DNA from: Methanomassiliicoccaceae archaeon
GTDB lineage: Archaea; Thermoplasmatota; Thermoplasmata; Methanomassiliicoccales; Methanomassiliicoccaceae
DNA length: 64,000 nucleotides
Direction: 5' to 3'
Assembly (NCBI GenBank): GCA_040776945.1
Contig: JAXGZN010000001.1
Coordinates: 416,001 to 480,000, forward strand
Part shown: piece after piece, positions 10,083 to 20,330 of the stretch
Layout of the letters: each line of letters starts with the position of its first letter
Numbering within the stretch: the first letter of the stretch is position 1
Position numbers and translations under genes: made by a program
The notes under the pieces: generated by a model
Told to the model about the DNA's origin: nothing
The model's database searches: none
What the model saw: the letters and a program-made list of their open reading frames with translations, nothing else

Positions 10083-10945
10083 GCTAGGGGTTAGGCCGTG
10101 AAGATGATAAAATGGCTCGGCCTAGCGTCGCGCGCTAGGCAGGATGGGCGTTGTCGTTGAGGTCGAGCGCTTACACCCCTGTTCGGATCACCTCTCGCCG
10201 AAGAGGAGACGGACCGCCTTGCCGCCCCTTGCGCATGCGGGATGCAGCATCGGAGGATAGCGTGGGCGCTGATGCGCCTTTCCGATGGTTGCGCGGGCCC
10301 ATTCACCCATGGCATCATGGGATTCAGGCATCTCGGGTCTCCTTGCGAGAACCGTGTCCCTACGCTCGCCTATTCCCTCTCGGGGACAGCGCCGGCAGCC
10401 ACGCCCATCCCGAACTGCCTGGAGGCCTTCTTTTGACACTCGCTCACATCATCCTGTTCGGGCCATGGTCCGGCCCTCATCGTGCCATCCGCAATCGACA
10501 ATATCGATCCATCCAGGCGCGGTCGTCGCACGCGCCCTAACCCGGTGGAGCCTGTCCTGCATACGCCTCAATCGGGCGAACGGCGGGAGGGGCCGAGAGC
10601 GAACGCGGTGGGAGCGGAAAGGGCGACATGAAGGTGAAGCGCTTCCGACATGCCTTCTCGGGTCAAGGCCCGATGATGACCCCTTGTCCGCCAGAGCGCG
10701 AGGTCCCCCTCTCGATCGGGCCTTCGGCCCCGAGACCGTTCGTTCTTTTTTGTTGTAAGAACCGTACTCTGACTAGGCCATCTCGTGCCGAGGCCGTTCT
10801 AAGGTATCGGGCCATGGTCGTCGGCGGGGTGCGTTTAGCGACCGTTCTCTGGACCATCCAATATGCCTGCGTTCGCTTAACGGTCCCCATCTATCGATAG
10901 GTGTAGAACGGAGCCTGTTTGGGTAAAGAAAAGCGCGGGGAACCC

Positions 10946-11458
10946 TTATATCGGGGCCCCCGGAATGGTAAGGATGTAGTACGCGTAGACGCCGGTGATG
11001 ATGGCGACCGCCATCGTGGACCATGCTGCCAGCTTCTTGACCTCCAGGCGCTTGCCCATGAGCAGGAAGAAGACGAACCACAGATATGCCCACACCGCCC
11101 ATATCACGGCCAGCACGGCCAACCCGTCCACCGTATATGTGTAGATGGCGGTTGGAAGTGCTGTCACCGCCACGAACAGGCAGTAGAAGCCCAACGCCCG
11201 GTTGTCCTCTATCTGCCACCAGAACACTACGAATAACCATAGGTAGGTGAACGAGAACAGCAGCGTTTGAGCGGCAGCGAATGCCGACTGAAGCACGAAC
11301 ACGAAATATGCCGCATTGAGGAACGTCAGCAGTCCAGTGAAAAGATTGATCACCGCTGTGTCCCTGGCTGTAGCATAGCCCATGATGTACAGCGCGTTAA
11401 CGAAGAGGACGGCGCCTACGTAGAGCAATCCGAGCCCGAGCAGGTTTATGTCCGACAT
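10946..11458 (-). CDS. amiS: AmiS/UreI family amide/urea channel
   Basis: LLYVGAVLFVNAL, LLFSFTYLW, LGFYCLFVA and WAYLWFVFF; six hydrophobic helices; directly downstream of the amidase. Confidence 0.9.
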   Translation of the reverse strand: MSDINLLGLGLLYVGAVLFVNALYIMGYATARDTAVINLFTGLLTFLNAAYFVFVLQSAFAAAQTLLFSFTYLWLFVVFWWQIEDNRALGFYCLFVAVTALPTAIYTYTVDGLAVLAVIWAVWAYLWFVFFLLMGKRLEVKKLAAWSTMAVAIITGVYAYYILTIPGAPI

Positions 11459-11495
11459 GCCTTCCCTCGTTGAAATAAAGGAGGGGATCTGGCCC

Positions 11496-12533
11496 CTATT
11501 TGTTCCTGATTCCTGCCACAGGGCACACGTTAGTTCCTGGCGTAGATCTGGTGACCTTCTCTATCTGCTTCCTCGCCTTGGCCGGGTCCTGGACCCAGTC
11601 CTTATAGAAGTCGTAGGGACATTCTATAAGGCCTTCCTTCTCCCCGGAGGCCAGCTCGGCGGTGTACCCGCGGTGCAGCAGCTTGTAGAGGTGGTTCTGG
11701 CTCTGCCAGTTCTTTCGCGCGTCCCTGATCGACGACACGGACAGCTCGGCGTATTGGTTCTCCATCTCGTTGGTCTCGGTCTCTCCGAGCACGTGGCCGT
11801 CGTATCCGATGATCGCCGAGTGCCCAAAGAACGAATAGACCCCATCATAGCCTGCCATGTTGGCCACCGCCACATAACTGGTGTTATGCCAAGCGGAGGC
11901 GCGGGCATTGATGCCTTGCTGTTCCTTGGACGGGTACATGTACCCTTGGCATCGAACGATCAGCTCGGCGCCCTTGTATGCGCAGTCCCTCCAGATCTCT
12001 GGATAGTTGCCATCGTCGCATATTATCAGGCTGACCTTGATGCCTTTTGGCCCTTCGCTCACGTATGTCTTGTTCCCCGCCGTCCATCCCTCGATGGGGC
12101 ACCAAGGCATGATCTTCCGGTACTTCTGGACTATCTTTCCCTTGTCGTCGATGAGTATCAACGTGTTGTATGGGTTCTTTTTCGGATGGTCCTCATGCAG
12201 CTCCCCGGTTATTGAGAACACTCCCCAGACACCGTTGTCCTTGCACGCCTGAGCAAAGATATCGGTCTCCGGTCCGGGAATGGTGGTGGAGAGCTCCATC
12301 ATCTCGTTCTTATCGTAGAGGACTCCCTCGGTGCTATACTCTGGGAAGATTATAAGGTCCAGTCCTGGATGGCCGGCCTTCATCCCAGTTATGTAGTTAG
12401 CGATCCCTCGGCAGTTCTCCATTATCTTCTCTCTGCCTCCAACTCCAAGCTTCGGAAACGTCTTAAGGGGCGGATAGTTGACAACGCCAACTCCCACGGT
12501 GTCGTTGGAGGAAGAGATGTCTCCATGTCTCAT
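11496..12533 (-). CDS. amiE: Aliphatic amidase (nitrilase superfamily)
   Basis: Characteristic N-terminus [20 protein letters not shown]; catalytic E-K-C motifs [18 protein letters not shown] and [13 protein letters not shown]; RBS GGAGGTG upstream of ATG 12533. Confidence 0.95.
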   Translation of the reverse strand: MRHGDISSSNDTVGVGVVNYPPLKTFPKLGVGGREKIMENCRGIANYITGMKAGHPGLDLIIFPEYSTEGVLYDKNEMMELSTTIPGPETDIFAQACKDNGVWGVFSITGELHEDHPKKNPYNTLILIDDKGKIVQKYRKIMPWCPIEGWTAGNKTYVSEGPKGIKVSLIICDDGNYPEIWRDCAYKGAELIVRCQGYMYPSKEQQGINARASAWHNTSYVAVANMAGYDGVYSFFGHSAIIGYDGHVLGETETNEMENQYAELSVSSIRDARKNWQSQNHLYKLLHRGYTAELASGEKEGLIECPYDFYKDWVQDPAKARKQIEKVTRSTPGTNVCPVAGIRNK

Positions 12534-12999
12534 TTCATTACACCTCCGTTCCACCGTTCTAGTCAAGTACGGTACCGATGTGTTTGTGCTCCACTAGTAT
12601 TAATAACTTATTTTATTATATTAATCAAGCTTAATAATATATATGTATTTTTTTTAAAACTAAAACGCTTTTTATTTAAACACAATGCATTTTTAATATC
12701 TAGGCATAAAGTCATGCTCCACCGCTATCGCTCTTCATGCGGGCAATGCCGTTCGATCTTGCCCGCCGAACAGGCCGGTGCTGTGATGTCGACCGGACCT
12801 GGATGGGTGCCGACCGTTGATGCTGGACTATCTGAGAAGATGTCGGGACGCCCTTCATGCTGAGCCTTGAGGATGCGATTTATAGATGAAGACATGGTCG
12901 TAGAGGGGGGCCGACGAGATCCTCAAGGAGAGGGAGTATCGCGGGAAGAGAAGCGGACTTGAGCAGTTCCTCTGCCTCGTCCCCAATATCCCCAATGGT

Positions 13000-13316
13000 A
13001 AGGGCGCAATCCATTCCTCAAACCACTTCAGGAAGCTCTAGAAGAAGTTTCAGGATGCATCGGGGTTGAATTCAGGCTAAAGGACCATCGTAGCACATTC
13101 GCCGCTTAGACCATCCAGAAGGGCCCTTCCCTCATGTCCGAAGTCTCGCAACAGCTTGGACATTCGTCCCAAGTGACAACTCAGAGGTTCTACGCCGACA
13201 TGAACCTCGTCGACACTGGGGGCAAGCTCAGGCAGGCCTGGTTCGGAAGAGCTAGGCCCCCAACCTCGGTAAGAGGACAGAGTCCCCATTGTTCATCGGC
13301 GATAGATCTCGAATAA
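13000..13316 (+). pseudogene. Degraded tyrosine integrase, C-terminal remnant
   Basis: Fragments SSNHFRKL*, FRLKDHRSTFAA* and VSQQLGHSSQVTTQRFYA (box II LGH plus catalytic Y), interrupted by stops and a frameshift; lies next to tRNA-Glu. Left boundary is approximate. Confidence 0.75.
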
Positions 13317-13385
13317 AAGAAGGATGGGATTTCTATCAGGGCTTTGATAGGGGGCAGTGAGCATCTGCCCGGATATGGATAAGAG

Positions 13386-13460
13386 TGCTCCCGCCGGGAT
13401 TTGAACCCGGGTGTCGGACTCGAAAGGCCCGAATGATTGGCCGGACTACACTACGGGAGC
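13386..13460 (-). tRNA. tRNA-Glu (TTC)
   Basis: Reverse complement GCTCCCGTAGTGTAGTCCGGCCAATCATTCGGGCCTTTCGAGTCCGACACCCGGGTTCAAATCCCGGCGGGAGCA folds as a cloverleaf; CCA is not encoded. Confidence 0.97.
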
Positions 13461-13585
13461 TTGGCAAGTTCGATAAGAGAAGATATACTTAATCCTTGGC
13501 CAAGGCGCCCATTGGTCCTCGCTGGTGTGTCTCCGTCCTGTATCGAATAGAGTGTCTCCGCGCCAATCCGGCCTCTCACCCCATG

Positions 13586-15313
13586 TTACGGAGTCAGGGG
13601 CGACGGCCGCATCGAGGAATGCGCCATCGCATGAGCGCCATTTACCATCCGGTAGGTGCCCTTTGGCGCCCGGATCACGAATCTCGCGCCTTCCCCCGGC
13701 GCTCCCTCTTCAGTGATGGTCATGTTGCTGTGGGCCAGGATCTCTCGTGAGAGGTAAAGGCCGAGGCCGCTGTTGTGCCCGGCCCCTTTGATGAACAGGG
13801 CCGATCTCATCTTCGGATCTATCCCCATGCCATCATCGGTGTAGATCAGCTGCAATCCAGCATCGTCCTCCACCGCGGTCAGGCGTAGGTCCCTCACCTT
13901 CCCGCCGTGGGCGATGGAGTTCTGCATTAGATTATAGAACACCTTCCCCAGCAGCAGGTCCGCGAGCATTTCCACACCTTTGACGTCCACGCTGAGCTTC
14001 GCTCCTTTGAGGTCCAGCGCCGCACCTGTCTCCAACATCTTGTCCTCCACGCTCTGCCACACCGGCACCCGCTTCGGCATCTCCTGATAGTCCTTGGCGA
14101 ACTGCATCTGGGCCTGGATGCTCTGGGCGGCCCTGTAACTGGCGTCGATGTGCCTCTGGATAGCGGCAGCGTCGGTCTTGCTGGCAGCCATGACGAGATT
14201 TCCCTCGATCACTGTAAGCTGGTTCAGCACGTCGTGCCTGGTGATGCTGTTCATCAGGTCCAATGTGTGCTTGGCCGCCCTGGCCTCGGCCTCGGCCTTC
14301 CTTTGGGCCGATACCTCCCGAAGCATGATCGTCTTTCCCACGGGACGGCCCGCGTAATCCTTTATTGTGAGCACGGTGACATCGAAGAACCTGCCAGGGG
14401 CGAGCTCGTGCACATCTTCCATGTCCATATTGGTCTTTCCCGTTCCTGCGAGGGCGTACCTGGGGAAGGTCGGCAGAACGTCCTCCAGCCGGCTGTTCGA
14501 TTTGCTGATGTTGCTCCCGGACAGTGCTTCCGCCACCGGGTTCTGGTACACGATAACGTCGTTCACGTCAAGAATGAAGAACCCATTCCTCGACAGATGG
14601 AGTATCCTCTCCATCTCGAAAGGTATCATCGAGAACAGCTCGAAACCGAACGCCCCTACGAACAGCAGCAGGTCCGATGCCAGGAACCCCATGACGAGCA
14701 TTATGCCGCCTGCTATCGGCACCACCCCTGTGAAGTTGAGGAGGACGGAGCTGATGGCCAAGACCGCCGCGAGGCAGGTTATACCTACCTTGGGCCGATG
14801 TGAGCTAGACGCCCTTATGAACTGCGAGAACAGAACGCTGAGCCCTGCGAGCATGATCACGGCGGCGTAGCTCATGTATCCATAGAACAGCGGACCGTAT
14901 ACTGGCTCAAATGAAAGGTAGTAGTCGCTGGAAAGCACGACGCTGCTGTAGAACAGATGGTGATAGGGATTGGTGATCACCGCAACCAGCGTCAATGAAA
15001 GCGGCACAAGCAGTAACGTCCATATTTTCCAATCCACCTTGGTGTCCGTTCCATACTGGAGCGAGAGAAGGAAGAACGATGCCACCGCGGTGACGTAGCC
15101 CAGGTACTCCAGGTTGTTCCACATCAGTTTAGTGCCCAGGTCGGGAGAGGCGACCTCAAGGACATATCCCCAGAATATCAGATTCTGAGCGACCATGAGC
15201 ATTATGAAGGGCAGTTTGAAGTTGCGCTTGCTGTTCTCCCTGACCACCGCCCCTAGACCTACAGATATCACTGTCAGTACTACGGCCATGATCACCAAGG
15301 TCAGTTCCAGCAT
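13586..15313 (-). CDS. Sensor histidine kinase (7TM N-terminus, PAS, HATPase)
   Basis: Multiple TM helices; TRHDVLNQL H-box, NLMQNSIAHG N-box, DDGMGI and GLGLYL G-boxes. Confidence 0.9.
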   Translation of the reverse strand: MLELTLVIMAVVLTVISVGLGAVVRENSKRNFKLPFIMLMVAQNLIFWGYVLEVASPDLGTKLMWNNLEYLGYVTAVASFFLLSLQYGTDTKVDWKIWTLLLVPLSLTLVAVITNPYHHLFYSSVVLSSDYYLSFEPVYGPLFYGYMSYAAVIMLAGLSVLFSQFIRASSSHRPKVGITCLAAVLAISSVLLNFTGVVPIAGGIMLVMGFLASDLLLFVGAFGFELFSMIPFEMERILHLSRNGFFILDVNDVIVYQNPVAEALSGSNISKSNSRLEDVLPTFPRYALAGTGKTNMDMEDVHELAPGRFFDVTVLTIKDYAGRPVGKTIMLREVSAQRKAEAEARAAKHTLDLMNSITRHDVLNQLTVIEGNLVMAASKTDAAAIQRHIDASYRAAQSIQAQMQFAKDYQEMPKRVPVWQSVEDKMLETGAALDLKGAKLSVDVKGVEMLADLLLGKVFYNLMQNSIAHGGKVRDLRLTAVEDDAGLQLIYTDDGMGIDPKMRSALFIKGAGHNSGLGLYLSREILAHSNMTITEEGAPGEGARFVIRAPKGTYRMVNGAHAMAHSSMRPSPLTP

Positions 15314-15426
15314 CTGGTTGATAATTTATAATCTAAGAATATAATATTGATTGGACAAATGTCGAGCGGTGAAAATCACCTCCTTTTAAAGAGAGGACTA
15401 ATAAGTTCCTAAGGCGTCATCCTTTC

Positions 15427-15963
15427 ATGACCATCAAGGAAACGGTGCGCCTCGTGGGCAGCCTTATGGAGCTGGCAGCTAGGACTGCCCCCAAGGCCGT
15501 CGGTCAGGACTTCATTGAGGCTAGGTTGCTCGACGATGACGAACGTATCGCGCTGGGCAACGACATGATCTCGATCGGCCGGGAGCGAGGCTCTCCCAAC
15601 TGGGAGCGCGACGGCCAGAACGTGTTGGACTCATCGGCGGTGGTGCTGATCGGGCTCCTGCCTCACAAGGGCGCCGGCCTGAACTGCGGGGCCTGCGGTT
15701 TCAAGACCTGCGCAGAGTTCGAGAAGCATCATGTCGAGGCGGAGTTCGCTGGCCCGAACTGCTCGATCCGCGCCCTCGACCTGGGCATCGCGCTTGGCTC
15801 GGCCGCGAAGGTCGCCTCGGACATGAATGTGGACAACCGCGTAATGTACCGCATCGGGGTGTCCGCCCGGCGCCTTGGCCTTTGTAAGGCGAACATCAGC
15901 CACGGCATACCTCTATCGGCCACGGGCAAGAACATCTTCTTCGACCGGCAGCCTAGGAAGTAG
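15427..15963 (+). CDS. Ferredoxin-domain protein (DUF2148, nitroreductase-like)
   Basis: AARTAPKA, NCGACGFKTC, DLGIALGSAA and DNRVMYRIG motifs. Confidence 0.85.
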   Translation: MTIKETVRLVGSLMELAARTAPKAVGQDFIEARLLDDDERIALGNDMISIGRERGSPNWERDGQNVLDSSAVVLIGLLPHKGAGLNCGACGFKTCAEFEKHHVEAEFAGPNCSIRALDLGIALGSAAKVASDMNVDNRVMYRIGVSARRLGLCKANISHGIPLSATGKNIFFDRQPRK

Positions 15964-16111
15964 ACCCGGCGGCCTGTCCACGGCAGGGCCTGGTCATGCG
16001 GACCTCGATAGCAAAGGTTGATTAGTAGAAGGGTTTATCTCTTGGGGAATCGGCTCCGTTCAGCCATGCTGCTGGACCATGCCGCGAGCAGTCCACCATT
16101 GGAGGCTTCAT

Positions 16112-16438
16112 TTGACCCAATATGATTCAGAGGAGATGAACGAGGAGATCACCCGATGTCCGTTTCCCAACCGCAAAGAAGGGGAGATGTTCGGGGTAGC
16201 TGACCAGCTCCTGGGCGCATCGCGCATCAAGGTCATGTGCGAGGACGGGACCTCGCGCATGGGCCGCATCCCGGGAAAGATTCGCAAGCGGATGTGGATC
16301 AGGGAGGGGGACCTGCTCATTGTGAAACCATGGGAGTTCCAGGCCGACAAGGCCGATATAATGTACCGGTACACGAAGACCCAGGCCAGTTATCTGCACC
16401 GCCGCAAGGCCATCCCGAAGAACCTAGACGTGTTCTGA
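16112..16438 (+). CDS. eif1A: Translation initiation factor aIF-1A
   Basis: LGASRIKVMCEDG...RMGRIPGKIRKRMWIREGDLLIVKPW; TTG start after GGAGG. Confidence 0.95.
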   Translation: MTQYDSEEMNEEITRCPFPNRKEGEMFGVADQLLGASRIKVMCEDGTSRMGRIPGKIRKRMWIREGDLLIVKPWEFQADKADIMYRYTKTQASYLHRRKAIPKNLDVF

Positions 16439-16451
16439 AAGAAGTGGGGCC

Positions 16452-17228
16452 ATGGTCGAGAAGGAAGCGTTCGAGTCCCTCGAGCACAGGATCATGGCCT
16501 TGCGGGAGAACAGCCGCACCGGGGATGAGCGCAAGACCCTGGACGAGGTGTTCGACCGCGACACCATGCTCGGCATCTACAAGCTGATGACCGACGGGTA
16601 TCTTGATACGATCCAGTACCCGATCTCCACCGGCAAGGAAGGCAATGTCTTTGCGGTGGCGGACGATGAGGGCAAGCTCTTCGCCCTGAAGATCTACCGC
16701 ACCTCGAACGCCACCTTCAACCGAATCGCCAGATACATCGAAGGCGACAAGCGGTTCAAGGGCATTGCAGGCTCCCGGCGCAAGGTCATCTACGCCTGGG
16801 CGAGCAAGGAGTTCCGGAACCTGCAGCGCCTCAAGGATGCCGGGGTTCGGGTCCCGGCGCCAATACGGTATTACCGCAACATGCTGGTCATGGAGTACAT
16901 CGGCACCAAGAGGGGCCCGGCGCCGTTGCTGAGGAACACTTTGCTCGACGACCCGTCGAAGGTCTACATGACCATCGTGGAATACATGCGCCTGGCCTAT
17001 CAAGAGGCTCAGCTGGTCCATGCCGATCTGAGCGAGTACAATATTCTTTATTACAGGAAGAGACCTGTTATAATTGACGTCGGTCAGGCGGTCCTGACCG
17101 AGCACGTGAACGCCAAGGAGTTCCTGCTCCGGGACATCGACAACATCAATAGATATTTCAAGGGCCTCGAGGTCGAGACCATGGACCGGGACGAGGTCTT
17201 CCTCACTGTCACGGGGATACTCAAATGA
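16452..17228 (+). CDS. rio1: RIO1 serine/threonine kinase
   Basis: ISTGKEGNVF, WASKEFRNL, VHADLSEYNIL and IIDVGQAV motifs; conserved synteny with eif1A. Confidence 0.95.
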   Translation: MVEKEAFESLEHRIMALRENSRTGDERKTLDEVFDRDTMLGIYKLMTDGYLDTIQYPISTGKEGNVFAVADDEGKLFALKIYRTSNATFNRIARYIEGDKRFKGIAGSRRKVIYAWASKEFRNLQRLKDAGVRVPAPIRYYRNMLVMEYIGTKRGPAPLLRNTLLDDPSKVYMTIVEYMRLAYQEAQLVHADLSEYNILYYRKRPVIIDVGQAVLTEHVNAKEFLLRDIDNINRYFKGLEVETMDRDEVFLTVTGILK

Positions 17229-17761
17229 GATTGGTACGCATTCCGAAGGACCGGGTCGGCGCCCTCATCGGCGCCAACGGCGAGACGAAGGGGATGATCG
17301 AGAAGCGCGCCGGGGTCCGGATGCGCATCGACACCGAGGGAGAGGTGGACATAGAGGACAACCCGCAGGACCCCCTGGCCGCGCTGAAGGTCATGGACCT
17401 GGTGAAGGCTATCGGGCGAGGCTTCTCGCCCCATCGGGCCATGCGCCTGCTGGACGAGGACGAGTATCTAGAGGTCATAGAGCTGGGGGACTTCATCGGC
17501 AAGAGGTCGGACCAACTGTCTAGGGTGCGCTCGAGGCTCATCGGCACCAATGGTAAGACCAGAAGGATCATCGAGGACCTCACCGGAGCTTACATGTCCA
17601 TCTACGGTTCGACGGTCTCGCTCATCGGCAATTCCGTGCAGCTTCCGATCGCCAAGACCGCGGTGGAGATGATCCTCCGGGGCAGCGAGCACGCCACGGT
17701 GTACCGGTACCTGGAGAGGTCTAGGGCAACCCTGCGCATCGCGGAGATGGGTTTCAGCTGA
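17225..17761 (+). CDS. KH-domain RNA-processing protein (Dim2/Pno1)
   Basis: Two KH GxxG loops (IGANG, IGTNG) and AIGRGFSP. Confidence 0.92.
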   Translation: MRLVRIPKDRVGALIGANGETKGMIEKRAGVRMRIDTEGEVDIEDNPQDPLAALKVMDLVKAIGRGFSPHRAMRLLDEDEYLEVIELGDFIGKRSDQLSRVRSRLIGTNGKTRRIIEDLTGAYMSIYGSTVSLIGNSVQLPIAKTAVEMILRGSEHATVYRYLERSRATLRIAEMGFS

Positions 17762-17833
17762 TGATAAGGGACTTATAGCCTCGCTCCATAGGCGTTGAAC
17801 ACGAGCTAAGGCTCGCGAGCCCCGAGTGAGACG

Positions 17834-19075
17834 ATGAACGAGATGATCGACCGCGCTGACCGCGCCCTGAAGGCCCATGACCTTTGCGACCACTGCCTCG
17901 GCCGGCTGTTCGCACAGGTGGAGACCGGAACGACCAACGAGGAGCGTGGGCGCGGCATGAGGGCCGCGGTGGCGCTGGAGCGCTCCACTGGGAGTGAGAG
18001 CACGCCGCCGCGCGAGCCGTGCTGGTTGTGCGAGGGCACCTTCGATAGCCTTGAGAGGTACGCTCAGGCGGCCATCGAGAAGCTGGGTACGATAGAGTAC
18101 GATTCGTTCCTTATAGGCACCCGGGTCGATCCGCTGGTGCAGGACCGCGAAGAGAGGCTATGGGCGGACGTCGGTGGGGACAAGGCCGAACCGATAAAGG
18201 CCGAGCTGAACCGCGAGATAGGCAAGATCGTCGAGGCTCGCACCGGCAAGCGGGTGGAGTTCCGCTCCCCGGACGTGGTCGCGATCGTCGACACCCGGTT
18301 CGCCCAGGTCGACCTGGACGTCGCGCCGGTGTTCTTCTACGGCCGTTACCGAAAGCATTCCCGAGAGATCCCCCAGACCCGGTGGCCATGCCGAGCGTGC
18401 CAGGGCAATGGATGCAAGCGATGCGGAGGCACCGGCAAGATGTACCAGATCAGCGTTCAGGAGATCATCGGGGAGGTGTTCCTCCTGGCAGCTGAGGGAA
18501 AGGACCATTTCTTCCACGGCATGGGCCGGGAGGACATCGACGCACGAATGCTGGGCACTGGCCGCCCCTTCGTGCTGGAGATCACGGAGCCTCGGAAGAG
18601 GCACTTGGACCTCGATGTCCTGACGGCGCGGGCGAACGAGAGCGGCAAGGGCCTAGCAGACTTCTCAGGGCTGCGTACTTCCAATCGCGAAGAGGTTCGC
18701 CAGATCAAAAGTGCCGCCCCCGATAAGGTCTACCTTGCGGAGGTCCGTCCTCACGGCAAAGTTAATAAGGGTCGAGTCGATGAGGTAGTTCAATCGCTTA
18801 GTCAGGCGCGTATCACTCAGCAGACGCCAGCCAGGGTCGCCCACCGCCGGGCCGATCTTGCCAGGCAGCGAACGATCCACGACCTCCAGCTGATGGAGTT
18901 CGATGAGGAACGCTTCGTCCTGCGGCTGAGGACGGAGTCCGGGACCTATGTCAAGGAGTTCGTCAGCGGGGACAACGGGCGCACCGTTCCCAGCATCTCA
19001 GAGGCGCTAGGAGTGCCCTGCGTGGTCACCGCGCTCGATGTCATACAAGTGATCGATAACGCTAACGAGGGATGA
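17834..19075 (+). CDS. pus10: tRNA pseudouridine(54/55) synthase Pus10
   Basis: LCDHCLGRLFA, GRYRKHSREIPQTRW, GREDIDARMLG and GTYVKEFVSGD motifs. Confidence 0.95.
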   Translation: MNEMIDRADRALKAHDLCDHCLGRLFAQVETGTTNEERGRGMRAAVALERSTGSESTPPREPCWLCEGTFDSLERYAQAAIEKLGTIEYDSFLIGTRVDPLVQDREERLWADVGGDKAEPIKAELNREIGKIVEARTGKRVEFRSPDVVAIVDTRFAQVDLDVAPVFFYGRYRKHSREIPQTRWPCRACQGNGCKRCGGTGKMYQISVQEIIGEVFLLAAEGKDHFFHGMGREDIDARMLGTGRPFVLEITEPRKRHLDLDVLTARANESGKGLADFSGLRTSNREEVRQIKSAAPDKVYLAEVRPHGKVNKGRVDEVVQSLSQARITQQTPARVAHRRADLARQRTIHDLQLMEFDEERFVLRLRTESGTYVKEFVSGDNGRTVPSISEALGVPCVVTALDVIQVIDNANEG

Positions 19076-19078
19076 TAT

Positions 19079-19372
19079 ATGGTACAGGCTTCCAGAGGCT
19101 TCAGGCGCAAGACGCGCAACATACTTAGCAAGTCTCCCCGCAACAGGGGGATGACCCCTATCACTCACGAGTTCCGCGAGTTCGAGGTCGGGGAGAAGGT
19201 CAGCGTGGTCATCGATCCCGCTATCCACCACGGTATGCCGCACATGCGCTTTCAAGGGAAGACCGGAGTCGTCACCGGCAAGCAGGGCCGCGCCTTCGTG
19301 GTCGACCTTTACGTCGGCAACAAGCTGAAGACCGTGGTCACCCGGCCAGAGCACCTCAAGAAGGCATTCTGA
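19079..19372 (+). CDS. rpl21e: 50S ribosomal protein eL21
   Basis: SRGFRRKTR...GMPHMRFQGKTG...RPEHLK. Confidence 0.97.
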   Translation: MVQASRGFRRKTRNILSKSPRNRGMTPITHEFREFEVGEKVSVVIDPAIHHGMPHMRFQGKTGVVTGKQGRAFVVDLYVGNKLKTVVTRPEHLKKAF

Positions 19373-19376
19373 GGCG

Positions 19377-19703
19377 ATGAGGATGCCTGAAGAGCGCTAC
19401 GTGACCTTGGCAGAGGTCAAGCAGCTGCTGGAAGAGGCGAGCGAGGGCAGAGAGCTGACCCCCGATCAGAAGTTGGCCATGGACCACGCCCAGAAGGTCG
19501 CCGCCCTGACCCCCGGGAAGGCTCGCGAGCTGCAGGCCGACCTCAAGAAGCTGGGGTTCGTGTCCGATGCCCTGTGTGCGAAGATCGCCGATGTGCTCCC
19601 GACGCACAGCGATGATGTGCGTGTCCTGTTTTCCAAGGAGCGCATGGTGTTGGACAAGAAGAATATAGAACTGATACTATCTACCGTTGAGAAGTATCTG
19701 TAA
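19377..19703 (+). CDS. rpo4: RNA polymerase subunit Rpo4 (RpoF)
   Basis: YVTLAEVKQLL, KIADVLP motif; conserved position after rpl21e. Confidence 0.9.
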   Translation: MRMPEERYVTLAEVKQLLEEASEGRELTPDQKLAMDHAQKVAALTPGKARELQADLKKLGFVSDALCAKIADVLPTHSDDVRVLFSKERMVLDKKNIELILSTVEKYL

Positions 19704-19725
19704 ACCCCTTAAGGCGGTCGATCAC

Positions 19726-20274
19726 ATGGAAGACTACGCGCTGATATTAGATTATTTACCTCAGGGCATCCCCACTGAGAAGACCTTTCGCAGGGAGCCC
19801 TCGGCCTACGCCGTTGGAGAGAGCGAGTTCAAGTTGTTTGAGCTCGTTCCCAAGAACGACGCGGTCATCGTCATAGGTGATCGGGTCTATATCGGCAAGG
19901 AGCCCTCCCTCCGGGACAAGATCGCTCATGTCAAGAGGCGTGTCGGATACGAGGAGCTGACCGCTGCCGCACAGGCCGAGCTGCCGTTCATTCTGCAGGA
20001 CATAGCAAAGCAGCAGGAATCAAGGTTCATGAAGTTCTTCAACGAGGCGCAGGCCATCACCACCAGGTTCCACATGCTCGAGCTCATCCCCGGCCTGGGA
20101 AAGAAGACGATGTGGGCCGTCCTGGAGGAACGCAAGAAGGGTCCGTTCACCAACTACGAGGACCTGACGAAGCGCGTTCCGGCGCTGAAGCATCCCCATA
20201 AGATCATCGCCAAGCGCATCGAGGACGAGCTCTCCGACCCATCACAGAAGTATCACATCTTCGTGTCCAGGTGA
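19726..20274 (+). CDS. DUF655 putative RNA-binding protein
   Basis: ILDYLPQG, GDRVYIGK, RFHMLELIPGLGKK; conserved rpoF-DUF655-ksgA synteny. Confidence 0.92.
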   Translation: MEDYALILDYLPQGIPTEKTFRREPSAYAVGESEFKLFELVPKNDAVIVIGDRVYIGKEPSLRDKIAHVKRRVGYEELTAAAQAELPFILQDIAKQQESRFMKFFNEAQAITTRFHMLELIPGLGKKTMWAVLEERKKGPFTNYEDLTKRVPALKHPHKIIAKRIEDELSDPSQKYHIFVSR

Positions 20275-20330
20275 TCGGGCCCGAGGTAAGGCTCGATCGG
20301 TTAGGCCGTTAAGGGGTTACGAGGGATATC

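Noticed and set aside
13030-13115. In-frame TAG codons as possible pyrrolysine read-through
   Set aside because: They lie in an integrase remnant that also has a frameshift and lacks its N-terminus; decay is the simpler explanation.
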